Positions 51,655 to 64,000 of a stretch of DNA of 64,000 nucleotides are shown one piece after another; position 1 is the first letter of the stretch; each line of letters opens with the position of its first letter. The notes under the pieces are model-generated. The model was not told where the DNA came from. It ran no database searches and saw nothing but the letters and a program-made list of their open reading frames with translations. Position numbers and translations under genes: made by a program. Origin of the DNA: the human T2T-CHM13v2.0 reference genome, Homo sapiens; the NCBI RefSeq assembly GCF_009914755.1, contig NC_060941.1. One strand, written 5' to 3'.

Positions 51655-54600
51655 GGAGAAGGGCTGACTAAACATAGCCAGGAAGACCTTCTCGCACCAA
51701 AAGACCAGACCATTAAGAAGACTGGTGCACTCTAAGCAGATCTTCAGAAGGAAGGCATTGAGAGCAAATGGAGGAAGGATGCAGACCCCAAGCTGAAAGG
51801 ATAGAAAGCTGCAAACCCTGCATGAGATTGCCCAGCACCAGGACTTGTCCCTGGCCCAGGGCACTCCTACGGAAGGGGTGAGTTAAACAGGCATGGAGTA
51901 GCCCACCCTTACCACAGACCTCCAGAAGTCTATCTGCAGAAAATCCCACAACACATGCAAACATTTGAACTGGCTTGGAGAGCTGCTTGGAGAGTTGGCA
52001 GGGACAGAATTACAGCCTGTGCAGAGCCCAGTTGGTTTAGCATAGGAATGGCTGCAGTGGAGCATGGCTAAGGACAGCAAATCCTCCCAGGTTTGCCCTG
52101 CTCCAGAAGGTTGGTTTGGCCTATCTAGACTGTCAGACCTAGACAGAAAAGAGCTATCTAGCCCATGGATTGGGGCTAGCCTGATCTGAGCATCCCGTCT
52201 GCTGGCCTTTCCCAGAGTCCCTATCTGGCTGCACCGGCTTGCAGCACAGCCTCAGATGAAAAACAAGTGCTCTTCCCAGTGGCCAGCACCAGAGTTCTTT
52301 CCCCAGTAAACTCTTTCTAACCAACAGAGATGTTCTGTAAACCGACCCCACCAACATAGACCATCCAGACACTACCCAATACTATGCCAGCATGTGCTCG
52401 CACACAGACTTCCCTATCCACCTTGCCTGTGCACATGCCCATAGGGACATTGCCATCAGGCCACCACCAGCACACATAGGTGCAGACCTCACTGCCACCA
52501 ACATACCACCAATGCTGGTATTTTAAACCAACAACAATCAAAAAGACAAAAAAAAATAACAAAGTGGAAAAATTGACTAAGAAGGGCATTATATAATGAT
52601 AAAGGGATTAATTCAACAAGATAATTAAACTATCCTACATATGTGTGCACCAAACACTGGAGCACCCACATTTACAAAGCAATTTCTTAGAAACCTATGA
52701 AGAATTGTACTGGTCCAAAAACCAAAACCCAAGCAAATGCAACAGGTTAGAGAGCCCAGAAATGAAGTTGCACACTTATAACCATCAGATCTTTGACAAA
52801 ATCATCAAAAACCAGCACTAAAGAAAGGATTCCAGATTCAATAAATGGTGCTGGGATAACTGGTTGGTCATATGCAGAAGATGGAACCTGGTCCCCTTCA
52901 TTACACCACATACAATAATCAACTCAAGATGGATTAAATATTTAAATGTAAAACCTAAAACTAAAAAAACTCTAGAAAATAAAAACAAGGAAATATCATT
53001 TTGAACATAAGTCCTGGCAAATATTTTATGAGGAAGATGCCAGATGCAATTGCAACAAAAACAAAAATTCACAAGTGGGACTTAATTAAATTGAAGAGCT
53101 TCTGCACAGCAAAAGAAATATCAACAGAATAAATAGACATCCTACAGACTGGAGGAAAATATTTGCAAACTATGCATCTGACAAAGGCCTAATATCCGGA
53201 GTCTATATGGAACTTAAGGAAATTAACAAGCAAAAAACAAGCAACTGTATTTAAAAATGGGCACTCTGTACATGAACAGACACTTCCTAAAAGAAGACAT
53301 ATACATGGCCAAGAAGCATATGAAGAAATGTTGAACATCACTAAAATATTACTCTGTTCTCAAGCTGCTAATAAAGACATACTCTAATAAAGACATACTT
53401 GAGACTGGGTAATTTATTAAGGAAAAAATGTTTAATGGATTCACAGTTACATGTGGCTGGGAGGCTTCACAATCATAATGAAAGGCAAAAGGCATGTCTT
53501 ACCTGGCGGCAGACAAGAGCAAGTGAGAGACAAGGGAAGGCGGAAACCCTTTATCAAGTCTTCAGGTCTCATGAGATTTATTCACTACCACGAGAACAGT
53601 ATGGGGGAAATTGACCCCATGATTCAATTATATTTCACTGAGTCCCTCCCACAACACAAAAGAATTATGGGAGCTACAATTCAAAGTGAGATTTGGTGTG
53701 GACACAGCCAAACCATATCATTCTGCCCCTGGACCCTCCCACATCTCATGTTCTCATATTTCAAAACCAATCATGTCTTCACCACAGATCCCCAAAGTCT
53801 TAACTCATTTCAGCATTAACTCAAAAGTCCAAAGTCTCATCTGAGACAAGGCAGTTCCCTTCCACCTATGAGGATATAACATTAAAATTAAAAGCAAGTT
53901 AGTTACTTCCTAGATAAAATGGGGGCACAGGAATTGAGTAAAAACAGTCATACCAAATGAGAGAAATTGGCCAAACCAAATGGGCCACAGGACCTATGCA
54001 AGTTCAAAATCCAGCAGGACAGTCAAATCTGAAAACTCCAAAATGATCTCCTTTGACTCCCTGTCTCACATCCAGGTCATGCTGATAAAAGAGGTGGGTT
54101 CCCAAGGTCTTGGGCAGCTCTGCCTCTGTGGCTATGAAAAGTACAGCCTCCGTCCTGGCTGCTTTCAGGGGCTGGTGCTGAGTGTCTGCAGTTTTTCCAG
54201 GTGCATGGTACAAGCTTTCATTGGACCTACCATTCTGAGGTCTTGAGGATGCTGGCCCTCTTCTCATAGATCCACTAGGCAATGCCCCAGTGGGGACTCT
54301 GTGTGGGAGTTTCAACCCCACATTTCCCTTCCACACTGCCCTAGCAGAGGTTTTCCATGAGGGCTCTGCCCCTGCAGCAAAATTCTGCCTGGACATCCAG
54401 GCATTTCCATACATCCTTCAAAATCTAGGTGGAGGTTCCCAAACCTCAGTTATTGACTTCTGTGCACTCACAGGCTCAACACCACATGGAAGCTGCCAAG
54501 GTTTGCGGCTTGCACCCTCTGAAGCAATGGCCTGAGCTATACCTTGGCCCCTTTTAGCAATGGGTAGAGTGGCTGAGATGCAGGACACCAAGTCCCTAGA

Positions 54601-56435
54601 CTGCACAGAGCAGGGAGGCCCTGGGCCCTGCCCATGAAACTACTTTTTTTTTTTATTCTAGACCTCTAGGCCTGTGATAGGAGGGCTTGCGACAAAGGTC
54701 TCTGACATGCCCTGGAGACATTTTCCCCATTGTCTTGGCAATTCACATTTGGTTCCTCATTATTTATGCAAATTTCTGCAGCCAGCTTGAATTTCTCCTC
54801 AGAAAATTGTTTTCTTTTCTATTGCATCATCAAGCTGCAAATTTTCCAAACTTTTAATGTCTGCTTCCCTTTTAAACATAAGTTCCAGTTGCAAACCATA
54901 GCTTTCTGAATACATAAAAATGAATATTTTAACAGCACCCAAAGCACCTCTTGAATGCCTTGCTGCTTAGAAATTTCTTGCACCAGATACCCTACATCAT
55001 CTCCCTCAAGTTCAAAGTTCCACAAGTCTCTAGGGCAGGGTCAAAATGTTGCTAATCTCTTTGCAAAAACATAGCAAGAATCACCTTTACTCCAGTTCCC
55101 AAAAAGTCTCTAATCTCCATCTGAGACCACCTCAACCTAGATTTCATTGTCCATATCATTATTAGCGTTTTGGACAAAGACATTCAAGTAGTCTCTAGGA
55201 AGTTCCAAACTTTTCCCAATTTTTCAGTCTTCTTCTGAGCCCTCCAAACTCTTCCAACCTCTGCCTGTTACCCACTTCCAAAGTCATGTCAATATTTTGG
55301 GTCATCTTTACAGCAGCACCCCACTGCTGGTACCAATTTACTGTATTAGTCTGTTCTCATGCTGCTGATAAAGACATATCTGAGACTGGTTAATTTATAA
55401 GGAAAAAGAAGTTTAATGGACTCAATTTTCCACGTGGCTCGAGAGGCCTCACAATCATGGTGAAAGACGAAAGGCACAACTTACATGGCAGCAGACAAGA
55501 GTGAATGAGAGCCAAGGGAAAGGGGAAACCCCCTATCGAATCATCAGCTCTTGTGTGACTTATTCACCACCATGAGAACAGTATGGAGGAAACTGACTCC
55601 ACAATTCAATTATCTCCCACCAGGTCCCTCCCTCAACACATGGGAATTATGGGAGCTGTAATTCAAGATGAGATTTGGGTAGGGACACATCCAAAATATA
55701 TCAACTAATCATTAGAGAATGCAAATTGAAACCACATCTATCACAGTGGCTATTATTAAAAATTCAAATGATAATAGATGCAGGTGAGATTGTGGCAAAA
55801 AGTGAACACTTAACACACTGCTGGTGATAATGTAAATTAGTTCAGGCATTGTGGAAAGCAGTTTGGAAATTTCTCAAATATCTTAAAACAGAACCACCAT
55901 TTCACCCAACAATCCCATTACTGGGTATATACCCAAAGGAATATAAATCATTCTAGCATAGAGACACATCAACATGTGTGTGCTTTGCAACACTATTCAC
56001 AATAGCAAAGAATTGGAATCAACCTATATGTCCATGAGTTGTGGCACGGAAAAAGAAAACGTGGTACATATACACCATGGAATGCTATACAGTCATAAAA
56101 AATAAAGTGAACATGCCCTTTGCAGCAACATGGATTGAGCTCAAGGCCATTATCCAGAGTGAATTAAGTCAGGAACAGAAAACCAAATACCACATGTTCT
56201 CTCTTAAAAGTGAGGAGTTACACATTGACCACATGAACACGAAGAAGGGAACAATAGACACCAGGCCTTCTCTGAATGTGGAGGGTGGGAGGCATGTGAA
56301 GATCAAAAAGTACTTGCTCATTCCTGGGATGATAAAATAATTTGTACACCAAGCAGCTGCAACACACAATTTAACTATGTAACAAACCTGAATGTGTTCT
56401 TCCTGACCTAAAATAAAATGTGGAAAATAAAAAGG
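51655..56435 (+). mobile_element. Second L1PA15/16-like element with two large internal deletions, interrupted by a THE1 provirus
   Basis: 5'UTR homologous to 3036 onward (AAGACTGG..CACTCT..GCAGATCTT); jumps at ~52518 and ~52703; 3'UTR ends CCTAAAATAAAA at ~56418. Confidence 0.85.
53345..55703 (-). mobile_element. Full-length THE1 MaLR provirus (LTR-int-LTR)
   Basis: LTRs 53345-53720 and 55342-55703, internal region 53721-55341; 5-bp TSD ACTAA at 53340-53344 and 55704-55708. Confidence 0.95.
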
Positions 56436-56439
56436 AAAC

Positions 56440-58219
56440 CCAAGAAATCAGGAAATTGAATCAGTCATCAAAAGCCTCCATAAATGAAAAGCCTAGGACT
56501 CAGATGGTTTAATAGGTGAATTATAGAATAATTAATATCAGTTATACTCTTTAAAATAATAGAAGAGGTAATACTTTAAACTCACCTTATCAGGCTGTCA
56601 TTACCCTGATAACAAAGCCAGACAAATAAGCCACAAAAACCTACAGGCCAATATTCCTGAGAAATATAAATACAAAGATTCTCAACACCATAAAGTCAAA
56701 CTGAATTTAATAGCACATTGAAAGGGTCACAACCCATGACCAATATGATTTATCCCCAGGGTGCAGGGATGTTTTGACATACAAAAATTAATCAATGTGG
56801 TACACACATGAATAGAATAAAAAAAGGAAAACACATAGAAATATAAAATGCATTTAATAACATTCAGTGTTAATTCATGATAAAAACTCTCTCTATATAT
56901 ATAATAATATATTATATATATATGTGTGTGTTTCTATATGTGTTGAGGAAGGCCCACAGCTCATATCATAGTCAATGAATAAAAACTGAAAACTTTTCTG
57001 CTAAGATCAGTAACAAGGCAAAGATGCTCAGTATCATCATTTCTATTAAACTTAGTACTATAAGTCCTAGCAAGAGTAACTAGACCAGAAGAAGAAACAA
57101 AATGCATCTAAATCAGAAAAAAAGAGTTAAATTACAGCTCTTTGCAGACAACATGTTCAGGTATGTAGACAATCCTTATGCTACAACAAAACGACTTTTA
57201 GAACTAAGAAAAAACTTCAGGAAATTTGCAAGTTTCAAAGTCAAAATACAAAAATCAATTGTGAGTCTACATACAAACAAAATATCAGAAAATGAAATTA
57301 AGCAAACAATTTTATTCACAATGGTAACAACAATAAATGAACATGCTTAAAATATTTTAACCACACTAGGGCAATATTTGTATCCTGGAAATTATAACAA
57401 ATTGAGGAAAGACATTAAAGAGGATAAAGATAAATGGAAAAATGTTTCATACTCATAGATTAGAAAACTTAATAGGTAAAATATTTCTATCCAAAGCAAT
57501 CTACAGATTCAATACAATCCCTATTATAATTCCAATGGCATTGATAACACAAAGAAAGAGAAAACAAATTTGAAAATTCATATGGAACCACAAAAGACAA
57601 CAAATTGCCAAAGAAATCTTGAAAAAAATAAAAGCCAGAAGCATCATGATCAGACTTTTTGCTTTTAAAATATATGACAAAGCTACAGTAATCAAAACAG
57701 AATAGTACTGGCATACAAACAGACATAAATAAATGAAACATAACAGAGCACACAGAAATAAATCCATGCTTCCACAGTCAACTGATCTTTGACAAGGATG
57801 ACAAAAACACAATGAGAAAGCATAGGATCTTTGATAAAAGATGCTGGGAAAACCAGCTATCCATAAGCAGAAGAATTAAATTAGGCCCTTTTCTCACTCC
57901 GTATACAAAAATCAACTCAAAATGAATTACAGACTTAAACATAAGACCCATAACCATAAAACTACTGGAAGAAAACACAGGGATATAGAAGAAACACTAT
58001 TGATATTGTTCTAGGCTACACTTTTATTTTGTTTTGCCCCTAAAAGCAAACGCAAGAAAAGAAAAAAAAAGGTGAGTAGAAATGCATCAAACTAAAAAGT
58101 CTTCTGCACAACAAAGGAAGCCATCAACAGAGTGAAAAAACAATATACAGAATGAGAGAAAATATTTGCAAAGCCTATATCTGATAGGTGGTTTATATTC
58201 CAACTTTGTCAGTAATTCA
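56440..58219 (+). mobile_element. Host L1MA8-10-like ORF2 (continues from ~51555-51654; resumes ~60625)
   Basis: RT motif LQLFADNM in ORF 57102-57350; collinear across the L1PA16-like insertion. Confidence 0.8.
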
Positions 58220-59352
58220 AACCCAAAACCATAAAAATGCTAGAAGAAAACCTAGCCAGTACCATTCAGGACATAAGTGTGCTCAAAGACTTCATGACTA
58301 AAACGCCAAAACCAATTGCAACAAAAGCCAAAATCGACAAATAGGATCTAATTAAACTAAAGAGCTTCTGCACAGCAAAAGAAACTACCATCAGAGTGAA
58401 CAGGCAACCTACAGAATGGCAGACAATTTTTGCAATCTACCCATCTCACAGAGGGCTAATATCCAAAATCTACAAGGAAATTAAACAAATTTACAAGAAA
58501 AATACAAACATCCCCATCAAAATTGGGCAAAGGATATGAACAGACACTTCTCAAAAGAAGACATTTATGCAGTCAACAGACACAGGAAAAATGCTCATCA
58601 TTACTGGTCATCAGAGAAATGGAAATCAAAACCACAATGAGATACCATCTCATGCCAGTTAGAATGGTATCATTAAAAAGTCAGGAAACAACAGATGCTG
58701 GAGAGGATGTGGAGAAATAGGAACACTTTTACAGTGTTGGTGGGATTGAAAATTAGTTCAACCATTGTGGAAGACAGTGTGGCGATTCTCAAGAATCTAG
58801 AACTAGAAATACCATTTGATCCAGCGATCTTATTACTGGGTATATACCCAAAGGATTATAAATCATTCTACTATAAAGACACATTCACATGTATGTTTAT
58901 TGCTGCACTATTCACAATAGCAAAGACTTGGAACCAACCCAAATGTCCATCAATGATAGACTGGATTAAGAAAATGTGGCACATATATACCATGGAATAC
59001 TCTGCAGCCATAAAAAAGGATGAGTTCATGTCCTTTTGCAGGGACATGGATGAAGCTAGAAACCATCATTTGCAGCAAACTATCACAAGGACAGAAAACC
59101 ACACACCGCATGTTCTCACTCATAGGTGGAAATTGAACCATGAGAACACTTGGACACAGGGCGGGGAACACCACACACCGGGGCTTGTCATGGAGTGGGG
59201 GGCTGGGGTAGGGATAGCATTAGGATAAATACCTAATGTAAATGATGCGTTGATGGGCATAGCAAACCAACATGGCACATGTATACCTATGTAACAAACC
59301 TGCACCTTGTGCACATGTACTCTGGAACTTAAAGTATAATAATTAAAAACAA
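58220..59352 (+). mobile_element. 5'-truncated L1PA6/7-like element
   Basis: ORF 58695-59228 ([32 protein letters not shown]); 3'UTR GGGATAGCATTAGG...AACTTAAAGTATAATAAT. Confidence 0.9.
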
Positions 59353-59899
59353 ACCTGGCACCGACAAAACAAAAAAAGAAAACTTCTGACTGATATACTC
59401 AATGAACATAGATGCAAAAATTCTTACAAAATAGTAGCTAACAGAATCCAGCAGCACATTCAAAAGATAATCTACCACAATCAAGTAAGCTGTATCCCTG
59501 GGATGCAAGGTTGGTTCAACATACACATATTTCATGTTCATAAATTAGAAGAATTAATATTGTTAAATGTTCATACTTACCAAGCTGATCTACAGATTCT
59601 AAGCAATCTATTTCAAAATTCCAATGTAATTTTTCACAGAATTAAAAAAAATCCTAAAATTTTTATGGGAATACAAAAGACCTTGACTAATTGAAGCACT
59701 TTGAGCCAAACAAACAAAGAAACAAAAAAATACAGAGACAAAGCTGGAAGCATCACACTGCCTAACTTTAAAATATATTACCATTACAAAAAACAGTATG
59801 GAGTTTCCTCAAAAAATTAAAATAGAACTATAATGTTATCTAGCAATTCCTCTATATGGGTGAAATCCAAAGAAAATAAAATCAGTATGTCAAAGAAAT
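59353..59899 (+). mobile_element. Three non-contiguous L1 ORF2/3' fragments
   Basis: Pieces ~59353-59527, ~59528-59785 and ~59786-59899 each match different L1 positions. Confidence 0.65.
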
Positions 59900-60563
59900 T
59901 TGTGGAAGACAGTGTGGCAATTCCTCAAGGATCTAGAACCTGAAATACCATTAGACCCAGCAATCCCATTACTGGGTATATACCCAAAGGATTATAAATC
60001 ATTCCACTATAAAGACACATGCACACATATCTTTATTGCAGCACTATTTATTTACAATAGCAAACACTTGGAACCAACCCAAATACCCATCACTGATAGA
60101 CTGGATAAAGAAAATGTGGCACATATACACCATGGAATACTATGCAGTCAGGAAAAAGCATGAGTTCATGTCCTTTGCAGGGACATGGATGAAGCTGGAA
60201 AGCATCATTCTCAGCAAACTAACACAGGAACAGAAAACTAAACACCGCATGTTCTCACTCACATGTGGGAGTTGAACAAGAAGAACACATAGACACAGGG
60301 TGGGGAACATTACACATCAGGGCCTGTCGGAGGGTGGGGGGCAAGGGGAGGGAGAGCATTAGGACAAATACCTAAAGCATGCAGGGCTTAAAACCTAGAT
60401 GACAGGTTGATAGGTGCAGCAAACCACCATGACATATGTATAGCTATGTAACAAAACTGCACATTCTGCACATGTATCCCAGAACTTAAAGTAAAATTTA
60501 AAAATAAATAAATAAAAGAAAGATGGAAAAAAGTAAAAACTAAAAAAAAAAAAAAAAAAAAAA
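59900..60563 (+). mobile_element. 5'-truncated L1PA8-like 3' end with long A-rich tail
   Basis: KDLEPEIPLDPAIPLLGIYPK; GCAGGGCTTAAAACCTAGATGACAGGTTGATAGGTGCAGC. Confidence 0.9.
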
Positions 60564-60624
60564 GTATAGGACCTTGAAAATAAAGCCTTGTCTACAAACT
60601 CTTGTGAACTTAAAAAAAAAACAA

Positions 60625-61770
60625 AAAGGAAAACAGTTTGAATAGACATTTCTCAAAAGATATACAAATGATGAACAGGTATATTTTAAAATGTTCATTA
60701 ATCATCAATGAAATGCAAATTAAAACCACAATGAGACACTAGCTCATACCTGTTAGAATTGCTATTATCAAAAATACAAAAGACAAGTCTTGTCAAGGAT
60801 GTGGAGAGAACCCTTGTACACTGCTGGTGAGAATGTAAATTAGCACAATCATTAGGGAAACTAGTATGGAAGTTTCTAAAGAAATTAAAAATATAACTAC
60901 CATATGACCCAGCATTCCTGTTTCTGAGTATATATCCAAAGGATATGCAATCAGTATGTTCAAGATATATTTGCACCCAAATGTTCATTGCAGCATTATT
61001 CACAATAGCCAAGACATAGAAACATTCTTAATGCCAATCAATAGATGAATTGATAAAGAAAAGACAGTCAAGTGATCTTTGACAAGGATGACAAAAACAC
61101 AATGAGGAAAGCATAGGACCTTCGATAAAAGATGCTCGGAAAACCAACTATCCATAGCAGAAGAATTAAATTAGACCCTTTTCTCACTCCCTATACAAAA
61201 ATCAACTCAAAATGAATTACGGACTTAACAGACTTAAACATAAGACCCATAACCATAAGACCCATAAAAATAGTATTTATTTAATATAAGATGAAATATT
61301 TTCAGACACAAAAACAGGAAAATCCTGCTGTTTGCAACAGAGCAACATAGATGAACCTGGAGAAGATCCTGCTAAGTGAAATAAGCCAGGCACAGAAAGA
61401 CAAATACTTCATTATCTCATTTATATGGGGAACTTGAGAAAGTCAAACTCCAAAAGGAAGAAAATAGAATGGTGTTTGCCAGGACCTTGGGGAAGAGGGA
61501 AATGAGATGTTGGTCAAAACAAACAAAGTTTTAGTGATGCAAAATGAGTAGGTTCTGGAAATCTAATATACATCAGTTTGATTATAATTAAAAATGTTTT
61601 TTAGGTACATCTGAAGTGCCCTTACTACAAAAAAATGGTAATCATATGATATAATCAATATCTTAATTAGCTTTATTATAATGATTATTTTACAATGTAT
61701 ACAATATGAAAACAATTTTAATTTGTCAATTATATACATGATTTTAATTTGCCGATTATATCTGAAAACT
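60625..61770 (+). mobile_element. Host L1MA8-10-like 3' ORF2 and 3'UTR
   Basis: GAATAGACATTTCTCAAAAGA...GAGATGTTGGTCAAA...TTTTAATTTGTCAATTATA. Confidence 0.8.
61064..61268 (+). repeat. Near-identical copy of 57774-57959 inserted into the L1 3' region
   Basis: By-eye alignment: ~7 substitutions, two 1-bp indels and two short tandem duplications. Confidence 0.93.
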
Positions 61771-63039
61771 GAAAACAATGTCAAAAATAAACTTGAACCT
61801 AAGATACTGTGGGAAAAAAGTCTGTAAAGTAATTGAAATGTCAAATAATGCAAAGCTGACATTGACAAAGACTGGAGACCTCTAAATACCTGGGGATATA
61901 TAATCCTGAAGTGCCCTGCACACTCGGGGACTAGTTCAGAGAGGTTTAGGATTACAGTCACTAAAGTACCTCATATCGTTCAGGACAGCCCCATCATCAA
62001 AAAGAAGATTAGATGTCCTTCAGGATTTCAGGACAATGCTCCAGCTTTTAGAAATATTTGTTTAAAAAATAAAAATAAAATTACAGATACACCAAAAGAA
62101 GGAAAAAATCCAGGAAAACGTTCGTAGTGTATTAACCCTATTGTAAAACAAAATAATTCATTTAAAATCTTACAGAAAACTGAACTGAAAGAAGAAAACA
62201 TTAAATGATATTATGAATCAGAAACTAAGTTAAAATTCATTTGAACAACTGTGTATGTACAAGTCCTCAGTTCACAACTCTTCAGACAGTTTCATTACTC
62301 TACAGAGCTGGATGGAAATTTGTGTTTCTCCAGGCTATGCATCTCTAAGTGAGTGGCCAGGAGTGAGGCTGCTCCCAGGCTCACAACATCAATGGACCAC
62401 ACAACAATTAGCAGCAGAAGGAAGTAGTCTTTACAATATATATACATTAAGTATACTACGAGCAGGGTTTTCACTTTAGCTAAAGCCTTTCTGTGGGGAA
62501 AATGGACTCTGGAGGCCTTCTCTCTTCCCTTTCCAACAGCAAAAAATAAAATAAAAGAAGTTGTTCACCCCCAATTCTGCCTCAGATATAAATTAAAATG
62601 GCTAATTCCATCAGGTGGGAAAAGACAGGGTGACTTCCCACATCAGGGAACCACCATTTAGAATTCGGAGCTCTATCCTTTCATTATATTACTCATATTT
62701 ATTTCCTGTGGGTTTAGAGAAACAAGAATTAGAAATAAATGGCATTCTTGCCTGCTCACAAGGGATATTTGCCTCAATCTAAACTCCTGCTTCAACTTTA
62801 CACAGTTCCTAAGTCTCCAATGCTGAATTTGTGACTCTTATGTCAGAAATCTTCAAAGTTGTGGCAGATCCAGAAACAAAGAGATAGAGAAATCATTCAC
62901 GTTGGGATGACAAAGAGAGCAAGATTAAACACATAGGGAAAGAGTAATTCCAGAAGGGAAACATTAGGAAAAGACAGTGTCCTATAAAGACGATTTTACC
63001 TTCTTTGAACCACTGACAGCTCTCTGATAAAATAAAAAG

Positions 63040-63160
63040 GACTCAGTACAGAATCAGAGTCAGCCAGCTCTGAACAGAGTATTGCCACTCTGAGTAATAT
63101 GCTCTACATTGGAAAAGTAAAAAAACTCATCGGTATTTCAGTTTTGTCATACCAACAGAG
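63040..63160 (+). mobile_element. MIR fragment
   Basis: AGAGTCAGCCAGCTCTGAA...GGTATTTCAGTTTTGTCAT. Confidence 0.45.
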
Positions 63161-63626
63161 GGAGCATTCCAAAGCTTTGACTTCTGTTATTATTAAGGGA
63201 CTGAGCATGCAAATTAGCACTGGTACACAGGCCCTTAGTTGAATCATACTTATACCAAGTGCCATGGGAAGGTGTACTGCAAAATATCAGGAGTATGTTT
63301 AAATAAACCTAGTTTTGCTCAAGCCTTGTTATGGATAGCTTCATGCAGAAATTGTGCATATAATATCTATGCTCTGGAGAAATTTCAGATTCTAAAGAAA
63401 TTCACCCAAACTCTCCATCCTCCCTCCTACTTGGCTCCAAACCCTAAGTATTATTAACCCACATTCTCTTGAACATCTCCTTTTCTACTCTTTATATCAC
63501 TGGATATTTTTTATTTAGCAAGTCTTAGAGAATGTTTTCAAAGAATTTTGGATTACAGATGTTTTGTATACTTTCCAAGGTGCTCTATAACTTACTCACT
63601 TACCTTACCCTTTCTCTATTACTAAA

Positions 63627-63793
63627 ACAATGCATCTCAATCCTTACTGCACATGAAAACCACCTGGAAATCTTAAGAAGAAAAAATAATGCTTTGGACA
63701 TATTCAACACCAACTGAATCTGTAAGGATAAGGCTTTGACATCATAAAAACTTCCAGGGTAACACTGATATTCATCTGTGCTAAGAACCCTAT
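63627..63793. mobile_element. MER5A-like hAT-Charlie element
   Basis: CATCTCAATCCTTACTGCACATGAAAACCACCTGG...CTTCCAGGGTAACACTGAT...TAAGAACC. Confidence 0.6.
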
Positions 63794-64000
63794 AGTAAAA
63801 GTTTAAAGTCAGAGGAAAAGCAACATAGAACAGCTGACATTTCAAAGTTCAAAAGGATGGTTTTCTGTTATCCAGTGTTATCATCACAGATGACACTGCA
63901 AACATTTTGAACAGAGTTTCATATGGCAAACTAAGCAGTATATAAGCAAGGCACTCAACACCAGGGCTCTAATCCCTGAATCACTCTGTGAGATTACAAA

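Noticed and set aside
52505-52715. Deleted L1 as a spliced integrated retrotransposed element
   Set aside because: I could not place convincing GT donors at either junction using the other L1PA16-like copy as a guide.
53399-55025. Cluster of overlapping ORFs
   Set aside because: All lie inside the THE1 LTR/internal region, which is degenerate and non-autonomous.
58695-59228. 177-aa ORF
   Set aside because: Frameshifted L1 ORF2 C-terminus running into the 3'UTR.

Overview
AT-rich, repeat-dense primate (almost certainly human) genomic DNA: an AluYa5 carrying all five diagnostic bases sits at 36656-36949. I find no recognisable protein-coding gene, RNA gene or CRISPR array. The ORFs with recognisable homology are decayed LINE-1 ORF2 pieces; the rest are Alu/THE1-derived or look like chance frames. 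Main content: a near-full-length L1PA15/16-like element at ~3.0-10.3 kb, interrupted by an AluJ and a solo THE1 LTR; a ~17.7 kb nested LINE-1 stack at 44-61.8 kb that includes a complete THE1 provirus; seven Alus with TSDs; and many MIR, L2, L3, MER and MLT relics. The most interesting signals are insertion and repair scars that repeat masking would hide: a 77-bp-arm palindrome fused to a tiny L1 stub (39.5-39.8 kb), a probable L1 3' transduction (17.3-18.3 kb), two templated direct duplications (43/45 kb and 57.8/61.1 kb) and a fold-back inversion (48.5 kb). The unique DNA between 11 and 41 kb holds several minus-strand promoter/exon-like modules, which may mean the window lies inside a long minus-strand transcription unit; this is unproven. 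I see no convincing new biological system. Subfamily names come from recalled consensus sequences and boundaries of old repeats are approximate.
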